The translations under genes were made by a program, and so were the position numbers. A DNA stretch of 64,000 bases. It comes from Octopus vulgaris. Taxonomy: Eukaryota. The notes below the pieces were generated by a model. That model saw nothing but the letters and a program-made list of their open reading frames with translations. It did no database searches and was not told the origin of the DNA. The stretch spans positions 89,032,001 through 89,096,000 of the forward strand of contig OX597818.1 of the NCBI GenBank assembly GCA_951406725.2. The letters run 5' to 3'. Of the stretch, positions 29,804 through 43,059 are shown piece after piece; position 1 is the stretch's first letter; each line of letters opens with the position of its first letter.

Positions 29804-29854
<51 letters not shown>

Positions 29855-30090
29855 CACACATATATATACATACATGTATATGTGTGTCTGTGTTTGTTCC
29901 CCCATCATCACTTGACAACCGATGCTGGTGTGTTTGCGTACCCGTAGCTTAGCGGTTCGGCAAAACAGACAGATAGTATAAGTACTGGGCTTACAAAGAA
30001 TTAGTCCTAGCGGGGCCCGATTTGTTGAACTAAACATCCCAAGGCAGAGTCCTAGAATGATCGCAGTCCAATGACTGAAACACATAAATG
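29223..30090. mobile_element. Nested SINE family C pair: a plus copy (29223-29390, 29880-30090) split by a full minus copy (29395-29795)
   Basis: The minus copy sits in the internal microsatellite of the plus copy. Confidence 0.85.
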
Positions 30091-30124
30091 ATCAAAGTTA
30101 CTGGCTAATGTAGATCTATTTGTT

Positions 30125-30420
30125 CATTCTCGAGCCATGCCTGGCTCATAAGGGCCGGTTTCCCGGTTTCCTAGGCGTATAGGTTCCCCACCTGGACAGG
30201 ACGCCGGTCCGTCGCAGGTGAGCTGCAAGACACAGGAGGAAAGAGTGAGAGAAAGTTGTGGCGAAAGAGTTAGCAAAAGTTCGCTATTACCTTCTGCCGG
30301 AGCCGCGTGGAGCTTAGGTGTTTTGCTCATAAGCACACACGTCGCCCGGTCTGAGATTCGCACCCGCGATCCTTCGACCGCGAGTCCGCTGCTCTAACCA
30401 CGAGGCCATGTGCCTCCACA
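30125..30420 (-). mobile_element. SINE family A, full length
   Basis: Reverse complement of 1571-1870. Confidence 0.92.
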
Positions 30421-31025
30421 ATGTTGATCTAGAAAACAAAAATTACGAGTTGATCATGTCTTGAATACATTTAACTATGGGTCTGCTCTAGTGAAGATGA
30501 CCTGGGATAAACGAGAACAACGACGACCATATAACAACGAGATACATTATACAAGCAGGAAATACTTTATTCTGTTGATTTCCCAATGTTTTCAGTGACC
30601 CTTGTCTTGTATACTCATTGATATCTGACTGATCTGTAATATTACCTTATATATATGTAATAGTACCTTCTAGTTTCCCTATAGTTTTACTTTTTTACTG
30701 GCTCCAGACACGAGTTTAGTCTCCATGCCGAGCCATCAACACACTAGTCAATGATAATTCCCTTTCAGACATTGATTCAACAGACCGATGACAAAACACG
30801 TAATACATTGGTACGATGTATTTTATTCAATAATGAAGACGGATCGGAAATATATATACAAATTCTCTCAAGGTAATTTCACTGAAGCAAATCCCAGTTA
30901 CGAGACACAAAATGGCTTAAGTTTTATGTTAAGAAATATTAACCTAGATATACGGTGAAGTGTTCTAAAATATCTAAAACAAAAGTGAATTCAGCATTCT
31001 AGTAGAAGGAATATATATGTGTATA

Positions 31026-31087
<62 letters not shown>

Positions 31088-31090
<3 letters not shown>

Positions 31091-32693
31091 CTTAGAATAA
31101 CTTAGAAAGGTTTTGGCCAGTATTGGCCCAGGCCATGTCTAACTTAATAGCACCACCTGGCGAAGTCTTTCAGTTCAGGATTTGGGCACCAAGGCTCATT
31201 CGAGCAGAGAGTTATTGTTTGCGGAGACATATCCGGGTGTGGGTGGTTTGTCCGGTACTGTTTGGAGGAATTTGTCCAAAGACTTCTTGAATTTTGTGTG
31301 GTCAGTTTCTTTTTTGACGTGTCCTGGTGTAATGTTGAAGAGAGCGGGTCCAATTGAGGTGAAATAGTTGTGCCGTATTGTCGTTATGTGATGCGATTTA
31401 GATTTTTGTTGTGGACGGATGGCACGTGGTCCAAGCCTTGGATGCATTTTGAAGGTGATGCCAACATCATTCGGACAGTGCGATGGAATATTTTCCACAT
31501 CATACAGATAATGTAGCGTTCACGGCGTCGTTGGAGTGAATACAATTTCAGTTTCTCTAGTCTACCCCAGTAGTCAAGGTCTGACATGCCATCTATCTTT
31601 TTTGTGATTGACCTTTGGGGAGCTTCAATTCTCATAATATTTTGTTTTGTGTAGGGAGACCACAGTGGACAGCAGTATTCAAGGTGGGGTCGGGCAAAAG
31701 TGGAGAAGAGAAGGATAATAGCGTGGGAATCTCTCGACTGGAAGGTTCTGAGAATCCAGGAACACATTCTGCGGGCCATGTCAACTTTGCTTATATGTGT
31801 AGCCCAGCTTATGTTGTTGTCCACTGTTACTCCCAGGTCTCTGATGTTGTTGGATGCCATGAGAATTTCTCCAGAAGGAAGAGAGTATGGGAATTTCAGA
31901 GCGTCCTCCCTTCCAAAGTGGATCAGTTCGAATTTGTCTTCATTTAGCAACATGTTATTCTTTTCCGCCCATTGGACAACAGCCAGTAGGTCTGACTGAA
32001 GGTTTATTCGGTCATCCACGCCATTGATGACCTTCTGGAGCTTGGAATCATCAGCGAAGGTTCTGATTTTACTGTGTTTGATGGTGTCAGTAATATCATT
32101 TATGTAGATGATGAAGAGAAGTGGGCCCAACACAGTGCCTTGTGGGACACCACTGCTGACTTTGGCTGGGCTGGATTTGACTCCTTCGACTACAACGTGT
32201 TGGGTTCTGTTAGACAGGAAGCACTTGATCCACTGCAGCAGCTTTCCAGTGACACCAATATTGGACAGCTTTTCAGAAGGATCTTATGATCAACCCTGTC
32301 AAAGGCCTTGCTGAAATCAAGGTAGATGACATCAGTGTTGGAACCTTCTCCCAAGGCTCTCAAAATGTCATCAAAATGATGCAGTAGCTGCGTCAGGCAA
32401 TCTCTCCCATTACGGAATCCATGCTGGTTGGGGTTCAGCATATTATGACTCTCAAGGAAGTGAGTCATACGCGATCTCAGCACCCTCTCAAATATCTTGA
32501 TGATATGAGAGGTGAGTGAGATTGGACGGTAATTCACGGCAAGCGATTTGTTTCCTTTTTTGAAAACTGGGACAACAGACTGGGATAGAAGGTCTTCTGG
32601 TATATATCCAGCATCCAGTGAGTTCCGCCACAGATTGGCTAGAGGGGGTGCAAGTTGGTTTTGACACATCTACAAGACACAAGCAGGGAACCT
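31088..32693 (-). mobile_element. CR1/L2-group LINE, 5'-truncated, RT domain with frameshifts
   Basis: NYRPISLTS, QHGFR, YLDFSKAFDRVDH, SGVPQGTVLGPLLFIIYIND, FADDSKL, RPHLEYCCPLWSP. Tandem CTAAGTTA tail, (TA)n on both sides. Confidence 0.95.
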
Positions 32694-32694
32694 A

Positions 32695-32741
<47 letters not shown>

Positions 32742-32879
32742 GTATATATATGTATATATGTATATATATATATATATATGTATATATATGTATATATATA
32801 TGTATATATATGTATATATATATATATTACATATATATATATATATGTATATACATACATACATACATATATACATACA

Positions 32880-32991
<112 letters not shown>

Positions 32992-33014
32992 TGCAGGCGC
33001 TGCTGTGCAGTAAG

Positions 33015-33250
33015 AAGGCGATGAACTAGCAGAAACGTGAGCACGCCCGGCGAAATGCTTAGCGGTATTTTGTCTGTCGCTACCTTCTGAGTTCAAATTC
33101 AACCGAGGTTGACTTTGCTTTTCATCCTTTCGGGGCCGATAAATTAAGTACCAGTTACGCACTAGGGTCGATATAATCGACTTAATCCGTTTGTCTGTCG
33201 TTGTTTGTCCCCTCTGTGTGTAGCCCCTTGTGGGCAGTAAAGAAATAAGA
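33015..33250 (+). mobile_element. SINE family B inserted into a family C head
   Basis: The family C head GCAGGCGCTGCTGTGCAGTAAGAAG (32993) resumes as AAGCTTACTTCC after this copy. Confidence 0.88.
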
Positions 33251-33261
33251 AGCTTACTTCC

Positions 33262-34996
33262 GGTTTACCATGGTTTATTTGTTTCGTTGTATTTATATGA
33301 GATAGACGTGTTTTTTTTTTGACTGTGCGACATTTTTCCTCTTGAGTAATGGAGAGGTGTCGAGTGAGGAGTTTAAGTTGTTCTGTATCAAACGTAGAAA
33401 GCTACCCTCCCTCGGACTATGTGTCGTCTGAGGAAGAAATGGTAGAGTGCCTGAAGAAAATAGACAAAGCTATGGAAAATAGAAGTTATGCTGCAGCGAA
33501 GTACAAAGACTTAAGGCTGGAAGATGCAAGCAAGTATAAGGGAATGCTGAAAAGTGGAGGGAACGAAGTGAAGGTGTTTCTCCCCACCACACGAAGAAGT
33601 CTTAAAGAAAACGGCGGAAAGAACGGTAGTTTATAGGACGTATTCGGTGGCAGATGGAAAAATTGAGAACATGTCTACCGTACAGATAGAAAAGGTATTA
33701 AGACCAGTCTGGCAAGGGATTTCGTACTCTGCCAGAGGTAAAAAGGGTGGAACGATAGAGGTGCAGTTCGAAAAGGTAGCTACCGCCAGGCTGCACTCGG
33801 CAACACCGCTGAAAACGAATGAGGTAGTTCTTCTATCTGTATACCTTGGAAGACGTGCTTGCAGGGTTAGAGTGGAGGAAATACCTCCAGAGGTGGATGA
33901 AGCCTGGCTGGTAGGTGCTATACTACTTGGAATGGAGGAGAAGGTGGTGTTCCTACAGGCCACCAGAACACCTCATAGGAACTGGAAGGGACAAACCCTT
34001 GACATGGTAGTGTATATCGCGGTAGGGGACATCGAAAAAATGGTCGAAAGTATCACAGTGGGAGAGACGAATTTAAAGGTCAGAGTGGAAGGGGGGATTC
34101 TGCGATGTTATAAATGTGGCCTTTCAGGCCACGTTAAAGCGGAATGTCCTCCATCACTAGAAAAAGACAAGAAGAGACAGAAGGAAGAAATGGTTGATGC
34201 TACACTGCCTGTGGAGGAAGAAGTATGTGAGGTGGAACGGCAGAAGATAGGTACCAGTGTCGAGGAGGAGGAATCAAATACCAGCTGGAAAATGGTGAAG
34301 AAGAAGAGCAGGAAGAGGAGGAAGAGGACACATATGGTGAAGGATGTCCACCAAACAACACTCACCCGACTTCCACCCACACCCAATTATACCCAAACCA
34401 ACCCCTATAGACACCAGCCCTCTCCATGCCTCTCCTGACATGAAGGCAAACACAAGCACACAGGAGCCCCAAATTTCCCCACTCTCGCCCATGAAAAAAC
34501 ATATATTGCACAATGTAGAAAACGAAGAACTGTATGACAAAATAGACTTGTGGAACAATGCTACAAAAGTGGATGTATCAGGAGTGAAGGGGGTGCCCGA
34601 GTATATTCGTTGTGTAGTGGCAGACCCAGAATATATGTCAGAATTGAAGGACTACGAGGTAAATCAAGACTATAGGTGGCGGGTCAAGAAGTTGGACACC
34701 AGCTCAATTCCGAAACAAGTAAATTTTCAGGATATTTAAAAAATATACAACGTAAACATTCTTCAGAAGGATGGTAATTAGCTGTCGCTAAAAAGAAAAA
34801 GGAGCATTATAAACTAGTTTAGAAAAAGGTTGCATAAACAGGTTGAATGAAGTCGCTCGGAGGTGGGGCTGAGCGGCTTTTATTTCATCTTTCATTATAG
34901 AAATTCATTCCCTTCATTCCTTTCGTTTTCTTTTGTCTCCACCTTGTGCTGTCCCTTCTATGTAAGGCCTTCATGGCCAATTTCATGAAATAATGG
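33262..34996 (+). mobile_element. ORF1-only (HAL1-like) non-autonomous non-LTR element 1
   Basis: AGCTTACTTCC is duplicated at 33251-33261 and 34997-35007. Only a gag-like ORF is inside, with a Tx1-like 3' tail. Confidence 0.8.
33349..34739 (+). pseudogene. L1/Tx1-type ORF1 (gag-like) protein with CCHC zinc knuckle, two frameshifts
   Basis: CYKCGLSGHVKAEC followed by a basic tract. Aligns by eye with 49223-50200 (TVVYRTYS/TVVLRTYS, YLGRR/YCGRK, IPPE/LPPG, VEG/LEG). Confidence 0.85.
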
Positions 34997-35129
34997 AGCT
35001 TACTTCCCAACCACATGGTTGTGCGTGTTCAGTCCCACTGCATGACACCTTAGGCATTTATCTTTTACTATATACCCTGAAGTCGACCAAAGCCACGTGA
35101 ATTGATTTGGTAGATGGAACTGAAAGACC

Positions 35130-35132
<3 letters not shown>
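34997..35132 (+). mobile_element. SINE family C, continuation of the head begun at 32993
   Basis: CCAACCACATGGTT..GTTCAGTCCCACTGCATGACACCTTAGGC. Confidence 0.85.
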
Positions 35133-35203
<71 letters not shown>

Positions 35204-35565
35204 TGTGTTTGTGTGTGTGTGTGTGTGATGGACTCATCTGTCGAAGGTGACGCTTGAGTGTTCAATTTTCGCCGATCGAACGTTCAAAATTTTCTTTAAC
35301 AACCTTTCAGAAAGGATACATTACACCACCATTTAATTTCTTCTGACTATGTGTTCTCACAAATAATGTACTGACAAAGAATAGGGGTCCTACAGAATCA
35401 GTACAGTGACAGATAAAATGACCTTTTGAAATTTAGGTTAGTCTTAACATTCGCAGTTCAATTTCTGTCTAAATCAAGCATCAGATCAGAAAATTTGGGT
35501 CCATCACAATTTCTGAATAGTCCTTTCAATTTCAAAGTATGTGGCATGGTAAGTATATAGACACC

Positions 35566-35628
<63 letters not shown>

Positions 35629-35642
35629 GTCTGTGTGTATAT

Positions 35643-35673
<31 letters not shown>

Positions 35674-35713
35674 GTATATATATGGATGTTTATATGCCTA
35701 TCATACCATATAA

Positions 35714-35763
<50 letters not shown>

Positions 35764-36271
35764 TATAATATATAAATTAGAGATAAAACCACTATTATGC
35801 AACTCAAACAGTGATAAATATAAACCAAAACATAAATAACAAATAAAATATATTTTTATAAAACATATAACTAGATCTCAAAAAGTATAAAAATGAATAT
35901 ATATATATTTGGCTTTTGTGTTTGGTTTGCAAGATTATGTGAATTCGTTTGTTGAAGCATATTTTATTGTGTCTGGGGAGAGTCATTCTCTTTTACTGCT
36001 TTATTATTTAACACACTCACCGGTTCGATTTCCACTCATTTACTTATTTGTTTTTTTTCTAAATTTTTTGTTGCGTCTTGTAACCTTTCCAATAGACGTT
36101 GACTCTGTTCGTTATCCGAGCTTCGTTCTTTTTGCTTGTTTGTTTGTTTGCGTGTGTGTGCATGTGTATACACATATGTAGGTATCTATGTATCTATGTA
36201 TGCGTGTATGTATGTGTGTATGCATGTATGTGTATGCATATATATATGCATGTGTGTGTTTGTGTGTGTGT

Positions 36272-36686
36272 GATGCGCAGGAGTGGCTGTGTGGTAAGTA
36301 GCTTGTTTACCAACCACATGGTTCTGGGTTCTGTCCCACTGCGTGGCACCTTGGGCAAGTGTCTTCTACTATAGCCTCGGGCCGACCAAAGCCTTGTAAG
36401 TGTATTTGGTAGACGGAAACTGAAAGAAGCCCGTCGTATATATGTATATATATATATGTGTGTGTCTGTGTGTGTTTGTGTGTCTGTATTTGTCCCCCTA
36501 GCATTGCTTGACAACCGATGCTGGTGTGCTTATGTCCCCGTTACTGAGTGGTTCGGCAAAAGATAGCGATAGAATAAGTACTGGGCTTACAAAAGAATAA
36601 GTCCTGGGGTCGAGTTGCTCGATTAAAAGCGGTGCTCCAGCATGGCCTCAGTCAAATGACTGAAACAAGTAAAAGAGTAAAAGAGT
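36272..36686 (+). mobile_element. SINE family C, full length
   Basis: Complete head, body and tail. Confidence 0.92.
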
Positions 36687-36699
36687 ATATATATATATG

Positions 36700-37033
36700 T
36701 ATGCATGTGTATACAGTTGTATGTATGTATGTATTTTGCATATTTATGTGTTTGTGTATTCATGTTTGTGCGTATTTATGTGTGTACCTTTGTCTCTTTG
36801 TGTGCACATGTTTAAGTGTGTTTATGTGTATGGGTCTGTGTGACTATGTACGTGCATCTATTACGTATGGATGTGCGTTTTCCTATGTCCTTGTTTGTGT
36901 GCGTGAAGTATTTGTATGTGTATGTGGTCATGTGTTTCAGCTTTCATTTCTGTATGTATATGCGTGTGTGCTTGTCTGTTCGTATTACCTATGTACCTAT
37001 CTATCTGTTTACTTACAAATTCAATTACCTACA

Positions 37034-37111
<78 letters not shown>

Positions 37112-39240
37112 AGAGAGAGAAACGTCTACATGACACTCTACGCTATACAGGTTACGTAAAAACCATAAACTCTACGTAAACCCTGTTATGGGATCCCCAG
37201 CCCGGCCAGTTTCCGCAGCGAATACCCCAACCAATTAAGGACTGTCCTACTTCCTCTCACAGGTGTTACGACCATTCATTGAAATGTCCCCAGATGTCTG
37301 TTTGAGCATGGAGGATCTCCTCAATAAAATCAGTAGTTGCAACCACTCCAGCGACCTCACAGGTTGTATAGTGGGTAGTATGGATGTAGTTTCACCCTAC
37401 CTATCTAAAGACACAGATTTTGCTGTGGAAAAATGCTTTGAGATTATCTGTGAGATTGAAGTAGAGTTCCGCGAAGTCAGCACGAGGGAACTGGGCCTCT
37501 TCCTTAAACTAACCTATGACTGTAACTACCCAGACAACCATGACCTTAGTAGATTCTGCCCCATCAGATTACAGAGGGAAAGACCACCCACCATCACCTC
37601 GGCAGTCAGGAAAAGCACCACGGAACGCTGGAGTGGCTGAGCCATACCCACACAAGACCCTCAGAACAACAGTCAGGTGAAAAGAATGATTGCACATACA
37701 ATAGGGGCTAGCATAAGAACCACCTTGAATAACCACATAGTAAACTTTAACAGGAAAGTATGCATGCAGGTTCAAGTTGCAGCTATTGGTGTCGGTATGA
37801 ATGGAGATGTGGCTGCCCTCTTCATGACCTGATGGGACAGAAAACTTAAACAATCCTTAACGAAACAATCCACAACTGCTTTGTAGGTATGTGGATGACA
37901 TTAAATATTCTAGTTAGGACAAACTCTAGTAACTGTAATGTAGAAACTGAGAGGAACATAATGGAAAGCATCCAGCAAATAGCGAACTCGATCCACCAAA
38001 GTATCAAGGTAACTATAGATTACCCACTATGCACCCTAACAATAGCTTCCTGTCCTTGACACTGAACTTTGGTTAGAGACTGTGAACAGCTCCTCCGCTC
38101 CTATTACCTGAAACCCATAGCTTCTAAATATGTTGTTCACAAGAACTCAGCTTTCTCACACAACATAAAAATCAACATACTGATTGCAGATTTAGAAGTA
38201 AAGATCGGAATAGGATACAAAGAGCTTGTGACAAAGCAAATAGGGTGAAAACGTATTACAAGACTAACAAATATCAAGGAGTTTTGTTTGTAGAAACCAC
38301 AGACCATAGAGAACTAGCCCTAAGAGTTAGGAAAGCTCTGAAAGAGGTCAAACTCAACATTAAGATCGTTGAAAAGCCAGGGAGCTCCATCAGATCACAA
38401 CAATGTAGGACTACTCCTTTGAGAATACCACATGCACCAATAATAACTGCATGGTATGTAAAATTAACCCGGACATTAACTGTAGAACTAGAAATGTAGT
38501 TTACAGCATAAGCTGCATAGAAGGTGCTTGTAGAGGCAAGAAATGATATACATAGGTGAGACATCTAGAAGCATTGCCGAGAGACTAAATGGACATTTGA
38601 GACAATATGACGACAAAAAAACAGTCCTCCATACTCTACCGACATGCCAAAGACCAATATGGAGGCACACTGGGTGAACTTGATATCCGCATTTTATCCA
38701 AGCACCCGAAGGACTCAATACTCAGAAAAGTACAGGAGTAGGTCCTCTTAAATGAAACGTCCTCAGTACTAAGTAGGAAATATACGTAGAAGGTAGTTAT
38801 ACCTCAATACCCACAACTTATATATACACAGGTAGAATTGTTAGTAGGCTGCTATGTATACGTATATATATGTAGGTAAATGGATATGTAAATAAACAGA
38901 TAGATAAACAGATAGATAGGTATATAGGTAATACAGACAAACAAGCACACACACATACATACACAAATGAAAACTGAAACACATGACCATAGACACGCAC
39001 ACACAAGGACACGAATTGAGACACAAAACAACATGTGACAGACGCACGTTAATAGTCACACAAGCCCATACGTATAGATACACTCAAACATAGATACACA
39101 AGGAGGCAGAAGTACACACACAAATATACTCACACATACAAACACACAAACCCACACACGCATCCAAACACACAAACATGAACACAGAAACACAGGACTA
39201 TGCAGAATAAATACATACATACAAATGTCAACACATGCAT
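36700..39240. repeat. ~350-bp inverted repeats (36700-37040 / 38866-39240) bracketing a Penelope-like core
   Basis: GGTCATGTGTTTCAGCTTTCATTT vs AAATGAAAACTGAAACACATGACC; GTATTACCTATGTACCTATCTATCTGTTTA vs TAAACAGATAGATAGGTATATAGGTAATAC. Confidence 0.8.
37125..38790 (+). mobile_element. Penelope-like element 2, degraded RT + C-terminal GIY-YIG
   Basis: PARPV; IVGSMDVVSPY; AAIGVGMNGDVAALFM; RYVDDI; LPVLDT; KPIASKYVVHKNSA; NVVYSISCIEGAC..IYIGETSRSIAERLNGH. Confidence 0.88.
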
Positions 39241-39245
39241 AAACA

Positions 39246-39825
39246 TTCCGTTCGCTTATCCGTATACTGCCATATCTGTTATTTTCACTGTAAGTTTTTG
39301 GTGGTCCAAATGAGGGTTTTAGCCATTATTTCGAGCGAGTAGACATTTCACTGTGTCCCTTGATTAATATAATTTTTATTCTATAGCAATATAACGCTAA
39401 TTTAGGCCTGCAACCAACTATATCAATATTATTGTTATTCTGGACTAATTATATTGAGTTCGATAATAATCATAACAACATAAATATCTTGCAAATATTC
39501 CATTCTGGATATTTTTGCTGCTGATTAGTATTTTTCACACTGAGGCTGCCCACATTTTGGCGCTAAGCAATTAAGGACACCAGCATATATCAACGTGGCG
39601 GACTGGAAAGATGTTTCTAAGGTTTAATATGTGCTGAGGAAGATCAAACCAGAAACCGGTCCACATATATACATGTTCCATTAAATATGTAGCTTTATGC
39701 TATAACGGTGAGAGATCTGTTTCGGTTCGCTCGTCCATATACTATTGAATCTGTTATTTTCAGTGTAATATTTTGGTGGTCCAAATAAGGGTTTTAACTT
39801 AAATGTGTCCTTTGATTAATATAAT
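39246..39825 (+). mobile_element. Hammerhead-containing 475-bp unit with a terminal direct repeat (pLTR/retrozyme-like)
   Basis: 39246-39373 is repeated at 39721-39825, and a hammerhead-like motif lies at 39627-39668. Confidence 0.7.
39627..39668 (+). ncRNA. Minimal type I hammerhead ribozyme motif
   Basis: atatgtg CTGAGGA agatcaaacca GAAA ccgg TC cacatat: perfect 7-bp helix I, intact core, palindromic helix III, decayed helix II. Confidence 0.8.
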
Positions 39826-39842
39826 GCATATATATGTGTGTG

Positions 39843-40145
39843 TGTAATCTACAGCATAAGGTGCATAGAAGATGCTTGTAAAGACAAGGACATGATATAC
39901 ATAGATGAGACATCTGTAGAAGGTTGTGAGATGTGGTTACGTGTATTTTTTATATTTTTTATAATTTTTATATTTTTGTATTATATATCTTTTATACTTT
40001 TTCATGCCTATTAGAGTAACTTCCCTTTTATTCAACGGGGTTTTTTTTTGGTAGCGACTATTGTCTAAATAGCCGATGAAAATGCCTAGAAGCTTTTAGT
40101 TCTGGTATTTGAAACTCTGGGTTCTATTATGACAACTTACTGATT
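39843..40145 (+). mobile_element. Penelope-like 3' fragment (GIY-YIG piece + pLTR with hammerhead-like motif)
   Basis: 39843-39915 matches the GIY-YIG sequence at ~38495-38570. Confidence 0.75.
40068..40128 (+). ncRNA. Type I hammerhead-like motif with long helix II (U4->C)
   Basis: aatag CCGATGA aaatgcctagaagct ttt agttctggtattt GAAA ctctggg TT ctatt. Confidence 0.65.
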
Positions 40146-40151
40146 CTTCTA

Positions 40152-40207
<56 letters not shown>

Positions 40208-40556
40208 ACAATAGGGTAATAAGAAATTATAATTTGCATCTGCGCAGTGGTCTGAAAAGTTAGGATATACAGGCAGTTAGTTTTACATGTGGATCTGGAT
40301 GTGTGTATATTTGAAATCCAAAGGCTTTTCCACTAACAAAAACTGGCCTCAGTGAATATTTTTTTGCTGGAAATAGTTAGAAACCATGGTCTTGGAAATA
40401 ATTGAGATGGTAAACGTTTTTAATTTTCATTCCTTTCGAGAATTTATCCTTAATTGGTGGTTTGAGTTTTCTACAGCTCTTTCTAGCACAGGGCTTTCCT
40501 ATTTGGAAGCGTCTTGATGTATTTATATATATATATATATATAGATACATACATAC

Positions 40557-40613
<57 letters not shown>

Positions 40614-40863
40614 CATATATATATATATTTAAAAAATATGTATGTGTGTATGTATATATATGTAAATGTGTCTATCTGTACGTAGATAGATAGATAGATA
40701 GATAGATATATACACACACACAAACTCAAACAATCATACAAACACACACACGCGCGCGCGCGCAGGCACACACACGCACACACACGCACACACACACACA
40801 CACACACGCACACACACATGCATATATATATATTGTACGCATTCGTGAGTGTGCATTGTTCAC

Positions 40864-40893
40864 TACTCGGAGTTTCCTGTTCGCAATCTTCAG
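40864..40893 (-). ncRNA. Hammerhead core without a convincing helix I
   Basis: Minus strand: CTGAAGA ttg cgaa cag GAAA ctccgag TA. Confidence 0.45.
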
Positions 40894-41312
40894 ACATCCA
40901 ACGTCATATTTCTAGAAGCATTATGCTCGGATATCACAGCAGACAAGCACTCAGGAATTATTAGTATATCGTATAGACTTATAAAAATGTGCAAAACAAC
41001 TGTAAGTTTTAATCGATTATATCTAAAATTACATAAAATTGTCTATGGAACAACAATTGTAGTTAGAGTGATTTTCTATAGAAAAGTTTTTGGACACTTC
41101 TATAATGAATCCTAGTAAACAGTTTAAAGAATTTTGAATCTGAGTGGAGACTCACAATAGTTTAGTTATAATAAATAATATTATTCAAATCTAACAGTTA
41201 TTATTTAGCATATTTTTTCGTCAAATCTAATTTTGACACCAGTATAAAAGAAAGGTAAAAACACTGTACACGTGTATGTATATATATATAGGTATATATG
41301 TATATATGTATG

Positions 41313-41473
<161 letters not shown>

Positions 41474-42096
41474 GCGCACACACATATATGTTTAAGTGTT
41501 TGTGTATGGATTTGACTTGCGAATGCATAATGTTGTCTCTGACTGTATATATAATTACATATATAACTGTATGGTTACATGGTGTATATATACATATGTG
41601 TACATATATATATAATACCAATCAAAACAGATTTTTTCCCCCTTTCAGATCATTAGTATCAGACACTTCAATCTAACCAGTCTGGTGAGGCCTACAAAAT
41701 TGAATTGATAACGCCCCTGCTCTTCTGACTGATAAGAAAATCTTTTAATTGCTGTTAGTATTATTATAAGCTCTATTCTATGTATTAACTATGTATGTGT
41801 ACACGCATGGATGCCAGTGTATTTATGTATACACGTATGTATATGTATATGCGTATATTTACACACATATATGCATAAAGATATATATACATATATTGTG
41901 TACATATATATATATATACACATATATATACACACATATATACATATATATACATACATATATTTGTGTGCATGTATTCGCATATGTATATATATGTATA
42001 CACACACACATATATATATATATGTATGTGTGTGCATTTATATATACATATACATACGTACATACACACTGATGCATATATCTGTATATAAGCATA

Positions 42097-42490
42097 TACT
42101 CTTTTACTCTTTTACTTGCTTCAGTCATTTGACTGTGACCATGCTGGAGCACCGCCTTTAGTCGAGCAAATTGACCCCACGACTTATTCTTTGTACGTCT
42201 AGTACTTATTCTATCGGTCTCTTATGCCGAAGCGCTATGTTACGGGGATATAAACTCACCAGGGAGGGACAAGCACAGCCACACAAACATATACACACAC
42301 ACATACATATACACACGCATATATACATATATACGACGGGCTTCTTTCAGTTTCCGTCTACCAAATTCACTCACAAGGCCTTGGTCGGCCCGAGACTATA
42401 GTTGAAGACACTTCCCCAAGGTTCCACGCAGTGGGACTGAACCCAGAACCATGTGGTTTGTAAGTAAGCTACTTACCACACAGCCACTCT
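42097..42490 (-). mobile_element. SINE family C, near full length
   Basis: Family C tail, body and head. Confidence 0.9.
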
Positions 42491-43059
42491 TACACACACA
42501 CACACATATATATATATTTACATGCATGCATATACATGTGTGTGTGGCTGTATTTATGAATATATATTTATTTATCATATTCACACACACACATACATAT
42601 TCACACACACACACACACAAAGATACACACACATGCCCATAAGTTTGTTACATGTGTACATATGACCTTCATCACGTTCCATTTCATTGTGTTATATACA
42701 TTTCATTTTACGTTTTTTTATATTTTACTTATCTTTCATTAAAGTTTTACACTCAGATAAACATGATTAATACCTTTTTATTTAACGTAGTTTCATTTGC
42801 ATGGTTCTTGCACACATAGATATATGTATGTTCTTATGAGTGTCCAACCTTATATCTGTGTATGAACAATTATACGCATTATCTGCTCGAACGTGTCATA
42901 TAAAGGTGCGTTTATATGTCTAGTTGTATTTCCGTGCATATACATGTACGTATATATATATTTTTTATTCTTTTACTTATTTCTGTCCTTTGACTGTCGC
43001 CATGCTGGGGTACATGCGTTATATATATATGTATGTATATATATATATATATATATATA

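Noticed and set aside
30690-30750. Helitron-like 3' end (hairpin + CTAGT); similar at ~27100-27176
   Set aside because: No recognisable 5' end, second copy or Rep/helicase sequence in the window.
34344-34438. Programmed frameshift into the C-terminal module of the ORF1-only elements
   Set aside because: The shift is +1 in element 1 and -1 in element 2, which fits independent decay better than a conserved mechanism.
37125-38790. Naiad-type (selenoprotein) Penelope assignment
   Set aside because: The GIY-YIG is C-terminal here rather than N-terminal, and the stops and frameshifts look like ordinary decay.
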